From IMG/VR virus record IMGVR_UViG_3300009031_000221, positions 160,001 through 224,000 of that record: a DNA stretch of 64,000 nt, one strand, 5' to 3'. Below the pieces are notes generated by a model. It was not told the DNA's origin. It saw only the letters and a program-made list of their open reading frames with translations, and did no database searches. How positions within the stretch are numbered: the first letter of the stretch is position 1; each line of letters begins with the position of its first letter. A program made the position numbers and the translations under genes. This DNA comes from a virus (taxonomy: Duplodnaviria > Caudoviricetes). Below are positions 55,335 through 64,000 of the stretch, piece by piece.

Positions 55335-58117
55335 TTTGACGTGTCCTTTACGATCTTGCCTCGCTTGGTTGCCTGCATGTCTACGATCTCATTCATCTTC
55401 GCAAGGAGGAGTTTGGGGAAGTCTGCCATCGAAGCCGTCCAAACGGAATCGCTGAATGTGGTCTGTACGTACTGTGCCCCGTATCCAAGGCCAACGCCAA
55501 TGACGTTAATCCCTGCTTCCTTCGCCAAGCGGACTTGATACTTGATGACTTCCATGTGCCCCCAGTCCGGGCATCCATCGGTAACTACAAACAAGAACCT
55601 ATGCGCTTCCTTGCGAAATGACAGGGCATTGAGGGCATATTGAACCCCATCTGACATGGGGGTTCCACCAAGAGCTTTCGTGTTTGCAAAGCGCCACCGC
55701 ACGGCACGGAACTTCTCATTGAATCCCTTGAAGATGTCATAATCTACGGAGGCCGACCGGTGATATTGGTCTTCTTCTCCGGAAGGGATAGCAAACCCAT
55801 GTGCCCCATTGCGGAATCCCAGTGCCAGTGTCGGGCAGTTCATTGCGTCAAGAGGTTCAACCAGTGCTACCATGATGCGAGTGGCGTCCTTCCGCAGAGA
55901 AGACATTGACCCGGATTCATCAAGAACTACGGCACATGCCATGGTCATGTCAACGGTTTCCCCGCGACGATCAAATGCCCGCCTTGGCTTCATACCGCAT
56001 ACGAGGGCAGATTTCGTATCTACAAGGTATCGAGAAGATAGACGTTTGCCCTTCTCAACGCCCCGGGAGGTGCCCGTCATTTCAATGGAACGGATCATCG
56101 TACGCAACCGCGAGCGCAAGTATGCGATTTCCGCCTTGACAGACTTGATGATAATGTCCGCGGCGGTCTTGTCTCCTTCGATTCCTTTGGCTGATGGAGG
56201 GACTACAAGGGCCTGATCCATGGATGTATCATAGGGACGCCAAGGCGCCTCGCCTACTTCAACATCATCTTCTTTGTCCGTCGCCGCATTGACACCCTCC
56301 TCGAGGGCGGTTCCTGCATCCTTCAGCCCGGTTCCTTCCCCATTCTCTGCCTGTGCAAGCGCATCATCGGCAAGGCTAGACCAATCATTGTCTACCTCGC
56401 CGGAGGTATCCATATGCCCGCCTGCACTCTTGCCCCCGTAACCGTCCTTTAATTCATGCGAATCATCTTGGGCATTGGCGGGATCATGCCCTTCTGGATA
56501 TTCATTGTCGTCATGCCCGCCCCCATCTCCGCTAGGTCCGTCCCCGGTCGTGCCTTTCCCATCGGCGTCGGAACCGGATTCACCTTCACCCTTGCCTTCG
56601 CCTTCACCATCTTTGCCTTCACCCTCGCCTTCACCTTCGCCTTCCTTATCACCATCTTTGCCTTCGCCCTCGCCTTCGCCTTCGGATCCTTCAACACCTT
56701 CGGATCCTTCACCGGAACTGTCTTTGCCGGGGTCATTCCCTTTCGATTTATCGTCTCCGGGTTTGTCACCATTTTCATTGCCGGGTTCCTTCTTACCGGG
56801 TTCCTTCTTACCGGGTTCCTTCTTACCGGGTTCCTTCTTACCGGGTTCCTTCTTACCGGTGCCCGATCCTTCATCAGGATCGGATTTATCCGCTTTGGAC
56901 CCAGACCCGCCTTTGCCCTTGTCACCTTTGCCCTGTTGAGGTTCCGGATCGCTAGGGTCAAGATCATCATCATCAAATCCATCGATGTCAGGGACACCGG
57001 AATTATCAGGATCTTTGGAATCCGGTGGGGGTGGCTTGGGGGGTTGCTTCTTCTTGGGCTTCATGTCGATTTCTTCTTGCCAACCACATACGGTGCAAGT
57101 AACCGTGCCTTTTCCCTTGACTTGTCCCCCGTGACCATCGGAGACAGGACGTACCTTGAGTTTGGATCCGTCCGCCCCGCAAGCAGGACAAACGGTTTTC
57201 CCGTCCCCGGGGTCACCATCATCCCCTTGCTGTTCATCCTCGTTGCTATTGCTCAACTCCGCCAGTGTGGAAATAACATCCATGGCAAGGCGGAGGCATC
57301 CGGTATCGTCCGCAATAGTTAGGTCAATAGATTCATCCAGGAAAGGAGTCAACGGCCCATCTAGGACGATATTTACCGCCTTGAGGTTATCCTTACGGTA
57401 ACGCTCAATCGCAATCCGTTGCTTTTCGGTGTTGTAGCCCAGTCCGAAATCTCGGAAGGCTCCTGTTAGGACAGACAACGCTCCAGGCTTGCCGCCATGA
57501 CCACGAAGATTTGTTTGGGACTCCTCCTCCTGGAAGAGGATGTAATCCTGAAGGTCATGCATCTTGGTGTCAATGCCTTCATATTCCTCACGTCCTCGGC
57601 GTTCAATGCGGATGTCCTCAATGATGTTAGTCCATTCCAGCAATGCCTGGACGTACTTGGACCAGTCCTTGACCTTTGCCCATCGTGCAAGAATGTCTTT
57701 GGTCAGTTCATTCGGTTCCAGATTACGCTTGCACGAGTACTTCGTGTGCAATGCCTCATGGTATGCCCCGCCTACCAGTGCCATCGCTACTCGTTGCGGT
57801 AACACGTCCGGAGTGTTGGCGATGACAATCTCTCGGTCACGGGGGGCGATCTGTTTGGCGTTTGCCTGCACAATCCATTTGGAAACATCCACCTTAGTAG
57901 GTGTACATTTCGGATGTGCCTTGGCCCAGCTGCACATGATGTCAACAAGAAATCGGAGAGTCCAACGATCCTTATTGTAGAAGCGATGGCCTTTAGATAT
58001 AACGCGAGGCGATGCGGAACCCAGGATTCCCAAGACCGATGCCTTATGGGTAGCCCGGTAATTGGCACCCTTTTCTACGGGTGCAATGTCGCGGGTATCG
58101 CCGGGTTGAATGTGCAT
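55331..58117 (-). CDS. CobT-like vWA protein (HEALH domain, CxxC pair, G/D/E-rich linker, vWA)
   Basis: YHEALH, NIIEDIRIE, CPACG/CTVCG, MIDAS LDESGSM, GGTP, VVTDG. Confidence 0.88.
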   Translation of the reverse strand: MHIQPGDTRDIAPVEKGANYRATHKASVLGILGSASPRVISKGHRFYNKDRWTLRFLVDIMCSWAKAHPKCTPTKVDVSKWIVQANAKQIAPRDREIVIANTPDVLPQRVAMALVGGAYHEALHTKYSCKRNLEPNELTKDILARWAKVKDWSKYVQALLEWTNIIEDIRIERRGREEYEGIDTKMHDLQDYILFQEEESQTNLRGHGGKPGALSVLTGAFRDFGLGYNTEKQRIAIERYRKDNLKAVNIVLDGPLTPFLDESIDLTIADDTGCLRLAMDVISTLAELSNSNEDEQQGDDGDPGDGKTVCPACGADGSKLKVRPVSDGHGGQVKGKGTVTCTVCGWQEEIDMKPKKKQPPKPPPPDSKDPDNSGVPDIDGFDDDDLDPSDPEPQQGKGDKGKGGSGSKADKSDPDEGSGTGKKEPGKKEPGKKEPGKKEPGKKEPGNENGDKPGDDKSKGNDPGKDSSGEGSEGVEGSEGEGEGEGKDGDKEGEGEGEGEGKDGEGEGKGEGESGSDADGKGTTGDGPSGDGGGHDDNEYPEGHDPANAQDDSHELKDGYGGKSAGGHMDTSGEVDNDWSSLADDALAQAENGEGTGLKDAGTALEEGVNAATDKEDDVEVGEAPWRPYDTSMDQALVVPPSAKGIEGDKTAADIIIKSVKAEIAYLRSRLRTMIRSIEMTGTSRGVEKGKRLSSRYLVDTKSALVCGMKPRRAFDRRGETVDMTMACAVVLDESGSMSSLRKDATRIMVALVEPLDAMNCPTLALGFRNGAHGFAIPSGEEDQYHRSASVDYDIFKGFNEKFRAVRWRFANTKALGGTPMSDGVQYALNALSFRKEAHRFLFVVTDGCPDWGHMEVIKYQVRLAKEAGINVIGVGLGYGAQYVQTTFSDSVWTASMADFPKLLLAKMNEIVDMQATKRGKIVKDTSK
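56781..56855 (-). repeat. Perfect 15-nt tandem repeat x5 encoding (GKKEP)5
   Basis: CCGGGTTCCTTCTTA at 56781, 56796, 56811, 56826, 56841. Confidence 0.95.
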
Positions 58118-58137
58118 TACATAGGCCTCCAGGATGT

Positions 58138-58164
58138 ATCTACGCATCCTGTCCTGAAAGTAAG
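58138..58164 (-). promoter_or_regulatory. Class A phage promoter (vWA side)
   Basis: CTTACT ttcaggacagga TGCGTAGAT. Confidence 0.75.
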
Positions 58165-58179
58165 CGGGAACGGGTAGGA

Positions 58180-58206
58180 CTTACTTTCAGTCAAGGGTGC
58201 GTAGAT
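58180..58206 (+). promoter_or_regulatory. Class A phage promoter (MoxR side)
   Basis: CTTACT ttcagtcaaggg TGCGTAGAT. Confidence 0.75.
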
Positions 58207-58231
58207 AGGACAGCAAGCAAGCGGAGGCTAC

Positions 58232-59470
58232 GTGAGTGCAACGAATCCAAATAGTATCCCATGTCGTGAGTGCGGGATAGAGGTACTTGATTACCTCCCC
58301 AATCACTTGACAGAGCAACATGGGATTTCCACGGAGGTTTATACCGTTAGGTATCCTGGGGCTGTGACGATCTCCCAGCGTTTGCTGGATCGATTTGCGG
58401 CCCTCAAGGTTCCTCGTCGGGAAACCCCGAGGCATCCCAAAGACCTGACGATTCCTTTCGCTAACATCATATTCCCCGTCAACCCGGATGTTGAAGAGGA
58501 AGCTTGCCTCCCTTTGCCTGACCAGTACCGAATCCCGAAGCACGGATCTCTAGGGGAAGATGTGCAGCACGTTGCCATTGCCCTCAAGCACCGTCGGTCG
58601 ATTTATGTATGGGGCATGCCCGGTACCGGTAAGGACGCACTGTTTCACGCATGGTCAAGTCTGACTCGCACCCCGGCAATCATCCGTCAAGTCCAGCCCG
58701 GAACCGATATTGAATCATGGTTTTTCAGCCGTGGGTTCAATACCAACGGCACCGTATGGGAGGAAGGCGAAGTACTCAAGGCATTGAGGGATGGCTATCT
58801 TGCATCCCAGTATTCGGATCATATCCGTGTCAACCGGCGGATTCCTTACATGCTATTGCTGACGGACTTTGATCGTGCCGAACGGGATCAAGCTGAACAT
58901 CTCCGGTTGGTTGGGGACAGTATTCAGGGACGTGTTCCTGGTCCCGCTGGCAAAGTGTACAAGGTATTCGGTGGAACCATCATCGCCGCAACGGGAAATA
59001 CCGCCGGCGGGGGCGATGAACGGGGACGCATGATCTCCGCGAACCCTCTGGACGCATCCCTGTTGGAACGCTTTCAACGGAAAATCCAATTCCACTACAT
59101 GAGTTGGGAGGATGAAGGCCCCGTTGTTCGTGCCAAGTTCGGCCCATTGTTCCAACGGTTTCCTACAGCGGAACACAAATGCCGCGAAGTTACCAAGGCT
59201 TTGCGTGATGCTGTCGTGAATGATGATATTCATGGCGAATTCAGCCATCGTGCTTTGTGTAACATCTTGAGCCATGCCTCGGATATCGTAGAAGAGAACC
59301 AGGGCAAGGCTTTGCCGAAGAATCTTTTGGGGGTTGCATCCCGCGTTTGGATGGATGGTCTTCCCGATGAGGATAACCGTTTGGCGGCAAAGCGTCTTAT
59401 TGATCCTCACTTTGCATCTTTGGATGACGCTACCCCAGCAGGTATCAAGCCCACAGGACTTCGCAAATGA
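58232..59470 (+). CDS. MoxR/CobS-like AAA+ ATPase with N-terminal C2H2-like finger
   Basis: CRECG...NHLTEQH; GMPGTGKD, LLLTDFDR, ATGNT, PLDASLLERF, FSHRAL. Confidence 0.88.
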   Translation: MSATNPNSIPCRECGIEVLDYLPNHLTEQHGISTEVYTVRYPGAVTISQRLLDRFAALKVPRRETPRHPKDLTIPFANIIFPVNPDVEEEACLPLPDQYRIPKHGSLGEDVQHVAIALKHRRSIYVWGMPGTGKDALFHAWSSLTRTPAIIRQVQPGTDIESWFFSRGFNTNGTVWEEGEVLKALRDGYLASQYSDHIRVNRRIPYMLLLTDFDRAERDQAEHLRLVGDSIQGRVPGPAGKVYKVFGGTIIAATGNTAGGGDERGRMISANPLDASLLERFQRKIQFHYMSWEDEGPVVRAKFGPLFQRFPTAEHKCREVTKALRDAVVNDDIHGEFSHRALCNILSHASDIVEENQGKALPKNLLGVASRVWMDGLPDEDNRLAAKRLIDPHFASLDDATPAGIKPTGLRK

Positions 59471-60381
59471 CAATGACAACCCCTCCAAATTTGACGGCAA
59501 AGGACTTCCGCACTCCACTTCTCAAGGTGCTCGGAATCCTATCGAACTTCAAGGAGTCCGTTGAGGTTCCTTTGGATAGTACGTACGACCCCATCTTCAC
59601 CATGATGGGCATTGCACGTACTGAACATCTGGAGAAGCGAATCCAATGGGCTTTCAATGAAATGAAAGGCTCAGGGCTTGCGGTAGGTAGGCGTGCCAAG
59701 TGGGCTCTCACACAGCAGGGTGTAGACGCTGCACAAGGCCTTGTAGCCGCTTCCACGCCAATTACCGTCCCCATGCCTGCCGATCCTACATCAGACGATT
59801 CTACGGGCAATCCTGTGGCGTCTGTCGGGTATCACCCAGACCCTTACATTCGGCACTTGGCGTTGAATGACCATCCGTGCCTTGGATTCTTCACGTCACA
59901 GAGCCCCATTTGCTCGACTTGTCTTGCCCGTTTGGAATGCATGAATGCCATGGCTGCCAAGCTTGCGGGATTGGCTTTGGAGATTGTTCAGGAAGAGGCT
60001 ATTGCGGCGGAGAACGCAAGGCGTGCTGCTTTGCCTCCCCCTTCAATCGCTAGTGTCGTAGCAGGGTCTGTAGGCCCGGCGCCAGTACCGGGCTTTGCGG
60101 GAACGACGGTAGCATCCGCGGTAGCCAACGGCACGGCTAACGTTGGAACCAACGGTAATGTTGTGGTTGCGAAGACCCCTGCAAATATGATGGTCACGAA
60201 CAAGATTCCCGCCGGCGCCAAGATCATTCCGATGACTTGCCAAGCTCAGGCTTTGTGTGCAGGTTGCCGTGTCAACATCGACTTGGGGGCTGATGCCGTA
60301 TGGGTTCGGGGTACTGGTAACGGCGGCAAGTCCTCTGATATGTACCACAAACCATGCTATGAACAGGCGAGCCAGAACTAA
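59467..60381 (+). CDS. Mrr_N-like winged-helix protein with Cys clusters
   Basis: DFRTPLLKVLG...RIQWAFNEMK...KWALTQQG; CLG...CSTC...C; CAGC...HKPC. Confidence 0.65.
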   Translation: MTMTTPPNLTAKDFRTPLLKVLGILSNFKESVEVPLDSTYDPIFTMMGIARTEHLEKRIQWAFNEMKGSGLAVGRRAKWALTQQGVDAAQGLVAASTPITVPMPADPTSDDSTGNPVASVGYHPDPYIRHLALNDHPCLGFFTSQSPICSTCLARLECMNAMAAKLAGLALEIVQEEAIAAENARRAALPPPSIASVVAGSVGPAPVPGFAGTTVASAVANGTANVGTNGNVVVAKTPANMMVTNKIPAGAKIIPMTCQAQALCAGCRVNIDLGADAVWVRGTGNGGKSSDMYHKPCYEQASQN

Positions 60382-60382
60382 C

Positions 60383-60877
60383 ATGAAAGTACCTGCAACA
60401 CATGCCGAAACAATTCGGCAAGCCATCCAATCCATGGGGAACATGGATCGGGAAGTCGCGAATGAGATCCCGAAGATGCCTAAGGAGGATCTTGTCATCC
60501 TTGGGCAACGGCTATGGTGGCTCATCAAACGGGCGACTCGTACCCTCGATCCTATCAAGGCACGCTTCCGCGAATTGGCAATTCAACAGGCATCGGGTGT
60601 CGCAGGCAACCAACGATTTGAAGCTACGGATGGATCTCACTGTATCGTGGTTATTCAGAACGTAACTCCAGTAGTTCGCAAGGATTCCGATATGGCTAAG
60701 TTGCGGGCGTCAATTGGGGATGTCCTGTTCGATCAATGCTTTGATACCGTCACTGTGTATAAGCCCAAGAAGAATATTCAAGAACTGGTAGCAGGTATGC
60801 CGCCAGATAACGCCAATTCCATCATGTCCATCCTGGATATGGCTGATGGAACCCCAAAGGTAATGTTCAAGGACTGA
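60383..60877 (+). CDS. Hypothetical protein
   Basis: Start directly after the upstream stop. Confidence 0.65.
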   Translation: MKVPATHAETIRQAIQSMGNMDREVANEIPKMPKEDLVILGQRLWWLIKRATRTLDPIKARFRELAIQQASGVAGNQRFEATDGSHCIVVIQNVTPVVRKDSDMAKLRASIGDVLFDQCFDTVTVYKPKKNIQELVAGMPPDNANSIMSILDMADGTPKVMFKD

Positions 60878-60887
60878 GGAGGTCATC

Positions 60888-61571
60888 ATGATTTTGCTAG
60901 AGATTTTCGCATTCGGTACTGTAGGCTTCTGGGCCTTGTGTGCTTTGGTTTGGATTTTGTTGACGGCTGCTGTGGAGTTCGAGAAGCCCGGGCTGGCGAC
61001 GTTCTCCTTGCTGGTAGCATTCGGGGCATTGTCCTACTTTGGCATCATCGACGTTCAGGCCTTGATCTCCAATCCTTGGATGGTGGTCAAAGGCGTCAGC
61101 GGCTACTTGCTGGGCGGACTCATTTGGGCGGCTTGCAAGTGGGTGTTTTACGTCCGCTCCGTTGGCAGGAAGTATGATGATGACAAGCGGCAATTCCTGG
61201 AGTCTCAGACTCCTCCAATTGAAGGGATGAATATCCCTGATGACTTCTTGGAGAAGTGGCAGCAGCACATTCGGTACCGCCCTGAAATCAAGAAGCCCAA
61301 TGCCCGCAATAGCAAGGCACGCATCATGACCTGGATGGTGTACTGGCCTTGGTCTTTCGTATGGACAATGATCGATGATCCGATCAAGAATGCGTTTCAC
61401 AGTATCCTGCACTGGACTCAGGGCATGTTCCAAAGGGTGTCCGATCAGTTGTGGGGCAATCGTGATGAGGACTTCCGTGCCCCTCCGCCGAAGAAGGCGG
61501 AACCTGTTCCGGAAGAATCCCCAGATGGATATCCATCCCAGTACCCGACTCGTCAGTATCGGGGTCGTTGA
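60888..61571 (+). CDS. Membrane protein (about 3 N-terminal TM helices)
   Basis: Hydrophobic stretches; GAGGAGG RBS. Confidence 0.75.
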   Translation: MILLEIFAFGTVGFWALCALVWILLTAAVEFEKPGLATFSLLVAFGALSYFGIIDVQALISNPWMVVKGVSGYLLGGLIWAACKWVFYVRSVGRKYDDDKRQFLESQTPPIEGMNIPDDFLEKWQQHIRYRPEIKKPNARNSKARIMTWMVYWPWSFVWTMIDDPIKNAFHSILHWTQGMFQRVSDQLWGNRDEDFRAPPPKKAEPVPEESPDGYPSQYPTRQYRGR

Positions 61572-61579
61572 GAGGTGAT

Positions 61580-62728
61580 ATGAGTAAATGGTCTTGGCCT
61601 TTGCCTAACGTTGTCCCTTGGCAAATCCCGTCAACATTGCATTACGACGGATTTGCATACCAGAGATCCCACGGGATCAATACGGGAGTTGACCTGTATT
61701 GTCCGCTGGATCATCCTGTGTGTGCCGTGGAAAAGGGAATCATCACCGATATTTTCCAACAGCCCTGTTGTGGATCTACCGTGATGGTTGAAGGCGCAAC
61801 GGGGGTGATTGTTTATGGCAACCTCAATCTTGGGCATGTTCAGGTTGTAGGCCAACGTATCTCCCGTGGGGACACCCTGGGTTCCGTAGACTCTCGAGGG
61901 AAGCGGCTGTACATCGGTCTCTATGATGCCGGATACCGCAGCCGTCCTTCCCCATGGACAACATGGGAGGATAAACCTCGAGAGTTGATGGACCCTACGC
62001 CCTGGTTGCGGGAAGCGTGGACTCGTGTAACCTCCAGGTTTCATCGGGACGGCATGCCTGTACCTATGGATGTTGGACCCCGTAAGCAGTTGATGCACGA
62101 GTTGCAAAGCCATCCGATCTGGCATTATCCCGTGCTCGTGCAAACCCCGCCCTCAGGCAATATCGAGGATCATTGGAAGGAACCCGACAATCCGGATCTT
62201 CGTGATGAGGGGTTCAAGCAGCTATGCGAACCCGGGCCTGATTGGATCGAAACCATGGAGGATTACGGTGGGGGCATGAGCGAATGCCTTTGCTATGACT
62301 TCGTGTACGTTGACCCTACATTGGAACGGATTGTCGGTAACCAAGGGTGGGATAAGGATTGCCGAAATACGGACTTCCGCGTTTGGATTGAAGGCGGTGG
62401 TTGGGACGATCAATCCAAATGCGATTATGGAATTGCACCTGAAGGGGGTTGGACGGAGTACAACAAGTGGATTAGTTGCCACGACACGGATCTGGATTGC
62501 GGCGCCCATACGATGGAGGACGCACTTCTGGAGTTGGCAGTCCGCGTTATTTGGTACTACGGCACGGATGGGAAAGAGCATCGTCCAGATGTTCCTGAGA
62601 AGTGTGGTGGAGACTTCGACCCGAATGACAAATCGAAGTGGGTGAACCATTGCATGGATGCCGGGGATGGATTTTGCTCCAAGTGTGGCTATCTGATCCA
62701 GGATCGGATCTCGGCAGAAGACGAATGA
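61580..62728 (+). CDS. M23 peptidase-like N-domain (degenerate) fused to an acidic Trp/Cys-rich domain
   Basis: WPLP...NTGVDLYC...PVCAVEKGII...GQRISRGDTLG...LYIGL. Confidence 0.65.
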   Translation: MSKWSWPLPNVVPWQIPSTLHYDGFAYQRSHGINTGVDLYCPLDHPVCAVEKGIITDIFQQPCCGSTVMVEGATGVIVYGNLNLGHVQVVGQRISRGDTLGSVDSRGKRLYIGLYDAGYRSRPSPWTTWEDKPRELMDPTPWLREAWTRVTSRFHRDGMPVPMDVGPRKQLMHELQSHPIWHYPVLVQTPPSGNIEDHWKEPDNPDLRDEGFKQLCEPGPDWIETMEDYGGGMSECLCYDFVYVDPTLERIVGNQGWDKDCRNTDFRVWIEGGGWDDQSKCDYGIAPEGGWTEYNKWISCHDTDLDCGAHTMEDALLELAVRVIWYYGTDGKEHRPDVPEKCGGDFDPNDKSKWVNHCMDAGDGFCSKCGYLIQDRISAEDE

Positions 62729-62988
62729 CAGATTCAAACAAGTTCGCCAAATTGCATGAAATCGGTTATACCGTACAAGTAACTTGTGGGTTATGTATCC
62801 ATGGGGACTTTGGAGAATCGGGTAATTGGGGTGGTTGCACCCTGCACAAGGACGATTGCATTAGGCGTGTATGTCCAGTTCTGGGGCTAACCGTACTCAG
62901 AATGGGCAACTGCTCGAATGGTGTGTTCGATCAGATCCTTGTGGAGAAGCTTGGTTCCTATCAGGAGCTTGTCAAATGTCGAAAATAA
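62725..62988 (+). CDS. Small Cys-rich protein
   Basis: TCGLCIHG...GGCTLH...GNC. Confidence 0.6.
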   Translation: MTDSNKFAKLHEIGYTVQVTCGLCIHGDFGESGNWGGCTLHKDDCIRRVCPVLGLTVLRMGNCSNGVFDQILVEKLGSYQELVKCRK

Positions 62989-63203
62989 CCCCGCGAGACA
63001 TCGCAGAATCTGTAGCTGGATTGCGTGATACCGCCAAGGATCTACGGTCAGCCGCCGCCACTTCCGTTCAGGATGGTGGCGCGGCTGGCCCCGTCGTAGT
63101 CATGCGAATGGGTGCCGTGATGAATCACGCCGCCTACCTGGATCAGGTGGCGAATGAACTGACGATGTTGATCCCGGATACGCCGATCAAGCCGCTGAAG
63201 TAG
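62976..63203 (+). CDS. Hypothetical protein
   Basis: GGAG RBS, overlaps the previous gene. Confidence 0.55.
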   Translation: MSKITPRDIAESVAGLRDTAKDLRSAAATSVQDGGAAGPVVVMRMGAVMNHAAYLDQVANELTMLIPDTPIKPLK

Positions 63204-63822
63204 CCTTCAGTTCATTGAAGCGGGCGATAAAGGCCAGCGCTGCAATATCTGATGGCAAGAATTGTACCTTTAGATGTGCCACGGCTTCCGGGATGGTAGG
63301 GATTCCCCAATTGTCATTCGTAATCGAAGGCATCGCGGCCTTCTCAAGCGCCAAGGCAATGACATCCGCCGCCTGAACCTCAGGATAGGTGTAGAAGTCT
63401 GTCCCATCGCTCAAGGCTTTGGATACGGCAAGGTTGATACGGCGCTCCAAATCACCCCATGTGATGATGTCGCCATTCTTCATGACGACCTTGATGAACT
63501 TCCGCACCGGGGCTTGAATGTCGTGTGTGTATGCCTCACATGCGTCATGGAGCAATCCCGCCAGGGCGACTCCGGACTCAGGCCACAGAATGTCGATGAT
63601 CTGTGAAACCAGTACACTGTGTTCTGCTACAGTGATTGGCCCAATCTGTCCGCCATATCGGAATTTGTATGACAGCCCGTAAATAATGTCATCTAGATGA
63701 ATGGCTGATGCCTTCGGTTCCATGACGTTGAAGTATGCGCCAGAATGCGTCGGAATGCATCCGTCATACTTCGCAGGCCTACGAAAGGACTGAATGATAG
63801 CAGATGGGCGAATTGAACTCAC
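63187..63822 (-). CDS. HD-domain phosphohydrolase (5'-deoxynucleotidase-like)
   Basis: RYGG...TVAEHSV, GLLHDACEAY, VQAADVIAL. Confidence 0.9.
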   Translation of the reverse strand: MSSIRPSAIIQSFRRPAKYDGCIPTHSGAYFNVMEPKASAIHLDDIIYGLSYKFRYGGQIGPITVAEHSVLVSQIIDILWPESGVALAGLLHDACEAYTHDIQAPVRKFIKVVMKNGDIITWGDLERRINLAVSKALSDGTDFYTYPEVQAADVIALALEKAAMPSITNDNWGIPTIPEAVAHLKVQFLPSDIAALAFIARFNELKATSAA

Positions 63823-64000
63823 AGTATCCTCCTAGAAGCGAGGATACGTGACCCTCGGAAAATCTACCTTACCCTCGGGGCCAATGCTTTGTATCACATT
63901 GGCCCCGAGAGTGGTAGTCCTTCCGGGATGATTTACGGAGTCAACGCCCCGTGCCAGTACTGGATGGAACCGAAGTAATCCATCCAAGACTTGGGCATCG

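Noticed and set aside
56781-56855. CRISPR array
   Set aside because: Perfect tandem repeat without spacers, in frame within the vWA linker.
1-64000. Stop-codon reassignment
   Set aside because: Long conserved genes are intact under code 11, TAA/TAG/TGA all serve as stops, and no CTA/TCA/TTA suppressor tRNA is present.

Overview
This window is part of a large, probably jumbo, tailed dsDNA phage genome (standard code 11; no CRISPR array or rRNA). 1-33.8 kb is almost all minus strand. It holds a bacterial-style replisome and recombination block: DnaX, HolA-like, HolB-like and beta-clamp-like proteins, primase, SSB, RecA, RecD2, RuvC, SbcD, a Rad50/SbcC split into two distant genes, and a class II RNR with an intein. 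It also holds sigma-4-like and NusG-like transcription factors and an RNA-end-healing cluster (KptA, PNKP-like, MBL hydrolase, ATP-grasp). 32.5-47.9 kb encodes probable virion-packaged proteins that share short R/K-x-A motifs, plus a SNF2 helicase, a C39 peptidase and GroEL. 48-53.6 kb is a plus-strand array of 21 tRNAs (Leu, Tyr, Ser, Glu, Trp, Phe, Thr only), interrupted by two HNH genes and several tRNA-like RNAs. Pth2, a divergent vWA/MoxR pair and accessory genes follow. The most striking signal is at the head of the array. A 34-codon leader ORF overlaps a mutually exclusive antiterminator/terminator pair, and its codons match the downstream anticodons (15 of 16 anticodon types; 21 of codons 3-27). 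I interpret this as a multi-codon translational attenuator that would switch on phage tRNAs when host decoding fails. Two bipartite phage-specific promoter motifs (6 and about 8 copies) also suggest a sigma cascade. All protein calls come from motif recognition by eye; no database searches were run.
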